Shown piece by piece: positions 58,993-64,000 of a stretch of DNA of 64,000 nucleotides. A model generated the notes under the pieces. That model saw nothing but the letters and a program-made list of their open reading frames with translations. It did no database searches and had not been told where the DNA came from. Position 1 is the first letter of the stretch; each line of letters begins with the position of its first letter. A program made the translations under genes and the position numbers. Source of the DNA: a bacterium (GTDB lineage Bacteria > Patescibacteriota > Minisyncoccia > UBA6257 > GWB1-50-10); NCBI GenBank assembly GCA_021814165.1, contig JAKAIX010000001.1, positions 216,369 through 280,368 on the forward strand. Reading direction: 5' to 3'.

Positions 58993-59021
58993 ATAGTAAC
59001 GAAGAGTCGGGGAAATGTCAA
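58993..59021 (-). promoter_or_regulatory. Sigma-70 promoter of rpsB
   Basis: Minus strand TTGACA-17 nt-TACTAT, 17 nt before the ATG. Confidence 0.7.
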
Positions 59022-59025
59022 AATT

Positions 59026-59715
59026 TTACTTTCCCTCTTTTGCTCTCCATTCTTCGATCTTCCTATGATTCCCCGAAAGAAGCACCTTCGGAACCGCATA
59101 TTTTTTCTTGTTGTATACCAACACCTCGGGCCTCGTGTAGTGCGGATATTCCAAACCCTTCCCTTCCGGAACATTTTTTTCTTTCTTTAAAAGGAGGTTC
59201 CAGTGCGATTCTTCCTTCAACGACTCAAAATTGATGGCGCCCGGCACGAGACGGCCCACCGCGGAGATTACCGCCATCGCCGCGACATCTCCGTCGGTTA
59301 AAACATAATGGCCTATGGAAACTTCTTCCGCGCGGAGCGCTTGTTTTACCCGTTCGTCGATTCCCTCATAACGTCCGGAGATAATAATGATGTCCTCGTA
59401 CTTCTTCGACCAGTCATACGCCGTTCTCTGATTGAATTCTTTTCCCTTTGCCGAAAAGAGGATAACCTTCGTCTTCTTCTTGTTTTTTATCTTTATCGAG
59501 CGGAACGCCTTGAGAATAGGTTCACCCATAAGCACCATTCCCGCCCCTCCCCCGAAAGGCCTGTCATCAACTTTTTTGTGTCTCCCCTCTCCGAACTGCC
59601 GCAGATTGATGAGATCGAACTTAAGCACCTTGTTTCTTTCCGCTTTTCCGAGAATCGAGGCATGAAGATACGGTTCCAATATCTCTGGGAAAAGCGTGAT
59701 AATATGAAATGTCAT
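59026..59715 (-). CDS. trmD: tRNA (guanine-37-N1)-methyltransferase
   Basis: VDDRPFGGGAGMVL, GRYEGIDER, SIGHYVLT, EYPHYTRP, LLSGNH. Confidence 0.96.
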   Translation of the reverse strand: MTFHIITLFPEILEPYLHASILGKAERNKVLKFDLINLRQFGEGRHKKVDDRPFGGGAGMVLMGEPILKAFRSIKIKNKKKTKVILFSAKGKEFNQRTAYDWSKKYEDIIIISGRYEGIDERVKQALRAEEVSIGHYVLTDGDVAAMAVISAVGRLVPGAINFESLKEESHWNLLLKKEKNVPEGKGLEYPHYTRPEVLVYNKKKYAVPKVLLSGNHRKIEEWRAKEGK

Positions 59716-59757
59716 AGCTTTTTGATTATAACACTTATAGGGCTTTTCTCTTCAACA

Positions 59758-59955
59758 GGGAATACCTTCACCCTCTCATCGGCAGAATGCTCCGCTCGAA
59801 TGTCTTCTCCTCGCTCATTCTCAGAAACCAGAAAATCGCACCAACTCGACCTTACGGGACTCGGACAGGGTGTGATTTTCGGTTTCTTTCGTTTTCGCTC
59901 GGGAAGACATGGATTTCTCGCTCCGCAATGCCTCTTCGAGAGTGAAGATATTCCC
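59758..59955 (-). repeat. Long rod-like hairpin element A (GAGCGA/GAGCGA loop on the minus strand)
   Basis: Nested arms 59758-59775/59938-59955, 59800-59810/59901-59910, 59823-59842/59869-59887; TCGCTC at 59811 opposite TCGCTC at 59895. Confidence 0.75.
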
Positions 59956-59982
59956 CATATGTCCTTGCCAAAAGACTGGAAA

Positions 59983-60159
59983 GAGAAAGAGTATTGTTCT
60001 TGAGCGAATACTACCGGAGCGTGTCATAAAATAATCGAGCGAGCCGCGTCGCCGAGGCAGGCCCCTCGCCGAAAGGCGTGCAGGGTGGCGAGGAGCGTGT
60101 GAGCGAGAATTATTTTGACACGCGGAGGTTCTATGAGCGAGAGAATAATACTCTTTCTC
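59983..60159 (+). repeat. Long rod-like hairpin element B (two GAGCGA/GAGCGA loops on the plus strand)
   Basis: Arms 59983-60000/60142-60159, 60019-60035/60109-60123, 60064-60070/60087-60093; GAGCGA at 60002, 60037, 60101 and 60135. Confidence 0.8.
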
Positions 60160-60194
60160 GCTCCTCAAAAATCGTTCAAGAGACACAGGGAAAT

Positions 60195-60233
60195 AAAAAG
60201 AAAACCGGACTCTAAAAGTCCGGTTTTCTTTTT
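60195..60233. terminator. Intrinsic terminator after khpA
   Basis: 17-bp IR AAAAAGAAAACCGGACT / AGTCCGGTTTTCTTTTT. Confidence 0.8.
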
Positions 60234-60246
60234 GATAACGAAGAAA

Positions 60247-60531
60247 TTATTGAGAATCTCTCTCCGGGCGGCGTGCGGCACCTTCCGGCTCTTCGATCTT
60301 CAAGTTCACTCGAGCATTGTTCTTGATACCCACGATGCGGAGAAGAGAGCGGATCGCTTTCGCCGTAGAACCCTGGCGGCCGACGATCTGGCCCATATCC
60401 TGCGCGTTCACCTTGAGTGACAAGAGCACCCCCATCTCATCGACGCGCCGATCGATGACTACGTCATCCGGATGATCGACGATCGATTTCACGAGGAACT
60501 CGAGGAAATCCTTGTCAGATGTTGCTTGCAT
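60247..60531 (-). CDS. khpA: KH-domain RNA-binding protein KhpA
   Basis: LVKSIVDHPDDV, DMGQIVGRQGSTAKAIR; follows rpsP. Confidence 0.92.
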   Translation of the reverse strand: MQATSDKDFLEFLVKSIVDHPDDVVIDRRVDEMGVLLSLKVNAQDMGQIVGRQGSTAKAIRSLLRIVGIKNNARVNLKIEEPEGAARRPERDSQ

Positions 60532-60609
60532 AGAAGTTTTGCAATCTGTGCTTGAATTTCACGATACCGACCTTTCTTTCGTTTCTCCCATTCGGGATTA
60601 TACTTTCCA

Positions 60610-60638
60610 ATGATAACAGATTTATAAGAAAAAGTCAA
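60610..60638 (-). promoter_or_regulatory. Sigma-70 promoter of khpA
   Basis: Minus strand TTGACT-17 nt-TATCAT with extended TG. Confidence 0.6.
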
Positions 60639-60675
60639 CCCCTCGCATAAATACTTATGCGATGAATAAATTTCC

Positions 60676-61041
60676 TTACGTCTCGGGCGTTCCTTCTTTC
60701 TTTTCTTCTTCCTTCGGTGCGGAAGGTTCCGTCGCCTGAACCGCGGGAGCCGTTTGAGCCGTCTCCGGTTGTTTTTTCGATTTCTTGTGCACGGGAACTT
60801 TTGCTTCCTTCAATATCCCCTCTTTCACGAGAAGATTGTGCACCGTAGCGGTCGGCTTCGCACCTACTTTAATCCAGTAAAGAATGCGATCTTTTTCCAG
60901 ATTATTTTTCTTGTTTTTCGGATCAAGCCATCCCAAGTCCTCGGTCGAGCGGCCGCCCAACTTCGAGCGTCTCTCGGCCACCACTATTCTGAAGGATGCC
61001 TGGTGTTTTTTCCCCGTTCTTTTGAGCTTTATTGCTAGCAT
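60676..61041 (-). CDS. rpsP: 30S ribosomal protein S16 with C-terminal extension
   Basis: MLAIKLKRTGKKHQASFRIVV, WIKVGAKPT. Confidence 0.95.
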   Translation of the reverse strand: MLAIKLKRTGKKHQASFRIVVAERRSKLGGRSTEDLGWLDPKNKKNNLEKDRILYWIKVGAKPTATVHNLLVKEGILKEAKVPVHKKSKKQPETAQTAPAVQATEPSAPKEEEKKEGTPET

Positions 61042-61179
61042 GGATACGTGGGAAAGTATTGCATAGAGCGCAATTTTAGTCAAACAAATTGACAGGAATC
61101 ATGGTTGTATTACTTTATAGTATATTCATTAAGCAACTTAACTTTCTAATAATAAATGCCCTCGGGCAAGGGAGGAAAG

Positions 61180-61551
61180 ATGTCGGGTATTAAGATACTA
61201 CTTGCGGAGGATTACAAAGGTTCTCAGATAATAACCATGAGGTTATTAAAGCAGAATGGCTTTGAAGAAGTTGAGATCGCTGAAAACGGCGAAGAAGCGA
61301 TCAAACTTGCAAAAGAAAAGAAGTTTGACTTAATACTGATGGATACACAGATGCCGATTATGAGCGGTCTCGAGGCAATAGAAAAAATCCGTCTGATGCG
61401 GAGATACAGACGGATACCGATAATCGCTCTGTCGGCCTTTGCAACGAAAGGTGATAGAAGACAATGCGCCGAGATTGGTGCTACGGATCTCGTTGCAAAA
61501 CCGATAAATGCCAAGGAGCTCATCGAAAAAATGATGCGCTATACGAACTAA
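61180..61551 (+). CDS. Orphan single-domain response regulator
   Basis: ILLAED, DLILMDTQMPIMSG, IIALSA, AKP; GGAGG before ATG 61180. Confidence 0.9.
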   Translation: MSGIKILLAEDYKGSQIITMRLLKQNGFEEVEIAENGEEAIKLAKEKKFDLILMDTQMPIMSGLEAIEKIRLMRRYRRIPIIALSAFATKGDRRQCAEIGATDLVAKPINAKELIEKMMRYTN

Positions 61552-61653
61552 TTTTTACGAACGCGGACTACCAAGCCCGCGTTCACTATTTTCATAGGAG
61601 GCCCCAAAATAATCGGGCCTTGAAGAAAATTGCTCCTCAAGACCCAATACTTA

Positions 61654-62001
61654 CTAGATAAACTCTTCCAGCTCATAGAACCGGAGAAGAGATATAAGGG
61701 GTTTTACCAGCGAAGGGTAAGAATATGATAAAGTTCTTACATCATTTGCCCTTCCTCCCAAAACCTTTTTCCTGCTTCTAACTTCTTCCGGATAAGCACT
61801 GAAATATCTTTTAAACTCCTCCCTTTGATCAAAAAGAAAGATCAAAGAAAGAGACATTACAGCGATAACAGAGAAAAAAATTAAAAAACCGAACTCAGAT
61901 TCCATTACTCTCGAAATAACTCCTGATTTCCACAAAGACAGGATGGTAATGAAAATCACTGTCGTGGTTACAAAAACGATTCTTACAAATTTGTAGTTCA
62001 T
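61654..62001 (-). CDS. Hypothetical two-TM membrane protein
   Basis: AT-rich ORF from MNYKFVR with two hydrophobic segments; the upstream extension in the ORF track looks spurious. Confidence 0.55.
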   Translation of the reverse strand: MNYKFVRIVFVTTTVIFITILSLWKSGVISRVMESEFGFLIFFSVIAVMSLSLIFLFDQREEFKRYFSAYPEEVRSRKKVLGGRANDVRTLSYSYPSLVKPLISLLRFYELEEFI

Positions 62002-62279
62002 ACCAACCCCTTCTTCTGATGACAAAATAGCTATTTGCATATAATACAATATATTGTAATAAAAATCAAGCCATATAGTACGGGGGCATGCACTAATAAG
62101 ATTGGGGTGTCTTTCATCTCTTTGATAAACCAATAATCTTAATGGACAAGGTTTACCAAACACGCTGAATGACTTAGATGCAAAACAAAAGAAGCCGAGC
62201 TTTTTCACGAGAGTTCGGCTTCTACCTATCCAAACAACTACACCCAAGCAGGGTTCTTTGATATTCTCGAGATATGAAA

Positions 62280-62485
62280 GGAGGTTTCTTTTTCTCTTGA
62301 GTAAGCATAACGAAGAGAAGCGACAAATATACGAGCGAAGACGAAGAAAATGAGGGAATCGCGTACTGTACGAATCCCGAAGCGAAGCGGAGGTTGAGTT
62401 GCGCGAACCCTCAATTTCCGAGGATGAGCGAGCAATATTTGTCTGAACGGAGTTTTTTGCGACGAAAGAGAGAAAAAAACCTTCC
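62280..62485 (+). repeat. Long rod-like hairpin element C (GAGCGA/GAGCGA loop on the plus strand)
   Basis: Arms 62280-62298/62466-62485, 62322-62330/62435-62443, 62346-62356/62408-62418, 62359-62367/62397-62406; GAGCGA at 62333 and 62426. Confidence 0.78.
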
Positions 62486-62490
62486 AACTT

Positions 62491-64000
62491 CTACCCCTCG
62501 AGTTTCATCGAAAGCACCTTCGACACGCCGTCATCCCCCATCGTGATTCCGTAGAGCACGTCTGCCGCCTCCATCGTCGCGCGATTATGCGTAACGATAA
62601 TAAACTGCGTTTTCTCCGAGAAGTTTTTGATAAGCTCGGCAAACCGGCGCGCATTCTCCTCATCGAGCGCCGCGTCAATTTCATCCAACACGAGGAACGG
62701 CGGCGGTGACACTGCAATCATCGCGAAAAGTGCCGCCAAAGAGACCAGTGTTTTTTCTCCTCCCGAAAGCATCTCAAGATTCGTGATGCGCTTTTTGGGA
62801 ACCGTCACATGAATCTCAACCCCCGCTTCGAGCTCGCGGGGCGGTTCTTTTACTTCCTCAGCTTTCTCCTGCGGCGCTTCGGCTGCTTGCTCTCCCTCCA
62901 AAATCGGCGCCGTCTGCTTCTTCGTGACAAGCGAGAGATGGGCGCTCCCTCCCGCGAACATGAGACGGAAATAGGTATTAAACTCCGTACTTATCGAATG
63001 AAACGCTTTTTTGAAATCCTCGTGGATCCGATGATCCAGATCATTAATCAGCTCTTTCAGGTCTTTCGATGCTTTTTCCAAATCCTCAAGCTGCGAAGAA
63101 AGAAATGAAAATCTCGCTTCACTCTCCTCCGCTTCTTTCATAAGGTTTTCGTCGATTTCCCCGATTGCCGAGAGTTCGCCACGGAGCCGCACCATTTTCC
63201 GTTCCGCACCGGAAAATCCTTCCTGTTCCTCAATCCGTTCCGCGGGAGATGTAAGTTTCTTAAGGTCTTCGCGTGCATATCCCAATGACATCCATTCGCG
63301 CTCCAATTCCTCCCGTTGCAGTTCGACTCTCTCCTTTTCGAGAAGCGCGCGTTGCAGCTCTTGTTCCAGCGTATGCAACTCGTTCTTTTTCTTGTTCACC
63401 TCCTCGACGCGTTCGCGGAAGAGCTTGTTCTTTTCCTCCTCTTCCCGCGCGAGCGTTTCTTCTTCTCCCTGAAACGTATGTATCTTCTTTTCAATCGCCT
63501 CGAGCTCGCGCTTTATTTTTTCCTTCTCTTCTTCAAGCGCCCGCGGCGCGGAAATCTTCTCTCCGCCGAAGAATTTATGCAACCGATCTTTCCACCGTTC
63601 GAGGGAAAGTTTTATCGCGTGAATGTCGGAAAGCGAGATGAGATATTCGATGTCGTGCGCCACTTCTTTTAAGAGCGTTTGAAATTCGCGTGTCTCGTGC
63701 GTCTGTTCCGGCGTCTTCGATTCATACTCGATCCTCGCCTCAATGCGTGCAAGGCTGCGTTGAAGCGCCGATGACTCGGTAACGAGCGAGTTGATGGAGC
63801 CGCGGATTTCTTTCGCTTTTTCATAACCGCCCTGGCTTTCGTGCATCCGCTTTAATTCGTGCTCCTGCCGTTCCACCGTTTCCTCGATTCCATGAATGCG
63901 CTTTTTGAGATCCAAAAGCGGCGCCTCCTCGGTTGTAGTGCGCGTCTGGAGCGCATGAAAACGCTCGTAGAAATAGGCATGTTCGAGCGTTTTGAGCTCT
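62491..64000 (-). CDS. smc: Chromosome segregation protein SMC, C-terminal part
   Basis: Coiled coil, signature LSGGEKT, Walker B/D-loop VLDEIDAALD, FIIVTHNRATM; frame open to the window edge. Confidence 0.92.
   Translation of the reverse strand, partial: ELKTLEHAYFYERFHALQTRTTTEEAPLLDLKKRIHGIEETVERQEHELKRMHESQGGYEKAKEIRGSINSLVTESSALQRSLARIEARIEYESKTPEQTHETREFQTLLKEVAHDIEYLISLSDIHAIKLSLERWKDRLHKFFGGEKISAPRALEEEKEKIKRELEAIEKKIHTFQGEEETLAREEEEKNKLFRERVEEVNKKKNELHTLEQELQRALLEKERVELQREELEREWMSLGYAREDLKKLTSPAERIEEQEGFSGAERKMVRLRGELSAIGEIDENLMKEAEESEARFSFLSSQLEDLEKASKDLKELINDLDHRIHEDFKKAFHSISTEFNTYFRLMFAGGSAHLSLVTKKQTAPILEGEQAAEAPQEKAEEVKEPPRELEAGVEIHVTVPKKRITNLEMLSGGEKTLVSLAALFAMIAVSPPPFLVLDEIDAALDEENARRFAELIKNFSEKTQFIIVTHNRATMEAADVLYGITMGDDGVSKVLSMKLEG

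Noticed and set aside
59821-60186. 121-aa ORF between khpA and trmD as a possible rimM
   Set aside because: No RimM motifs; the sequence is better explained by hairpin elements A and B

Overview
This 64 kb window is bacterial chromosome using genetic code 11, most likely from a Parcubacteria (Patescibacteria/CPR) genome. That assignment is inferred from the short EF-Ts and Obg, a TGS-less ThrRS, rplK with no following rplA, and a CPR-type Cys-rich protein and VirD4-like ATPase. Content is mostly housekeeping: dnaE, thrS, miaA, rpmF-nusB, rpoB-rpoC-rpsF-ssb-rpsR, secE-nusG-rplK, rpsP-khpA-trmD-rpsB-tsf, prfB-ftsEX, obg, rnhB, mltG, rodA and a partial smc. It also holds two tRNAs (Thr-CGT, Tyr-GTA), an expanded RNase P RNA, a two-component cluster, a zwf-gnd fusion, an ECF sigma/MacAB cluster, a glycosylation/pilin cluster, and a free-standing LAGLIDADG endonuclease whose stop codon lies inside tRNA-Tyr. 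The most striking signal is non-coding. Several families of palindromic mini-elements occur in intergenic regions, in ORFs (in frame) and in the RNase P RNA. These include three ~180-205 nt rod-like hairpins whose internal loops place GAGCGA opposite GAGCGA in exact register (tandem G.A pairs), so only one strand can form the full structure. All product calls come from motif recognition by eye; no database searches were run.
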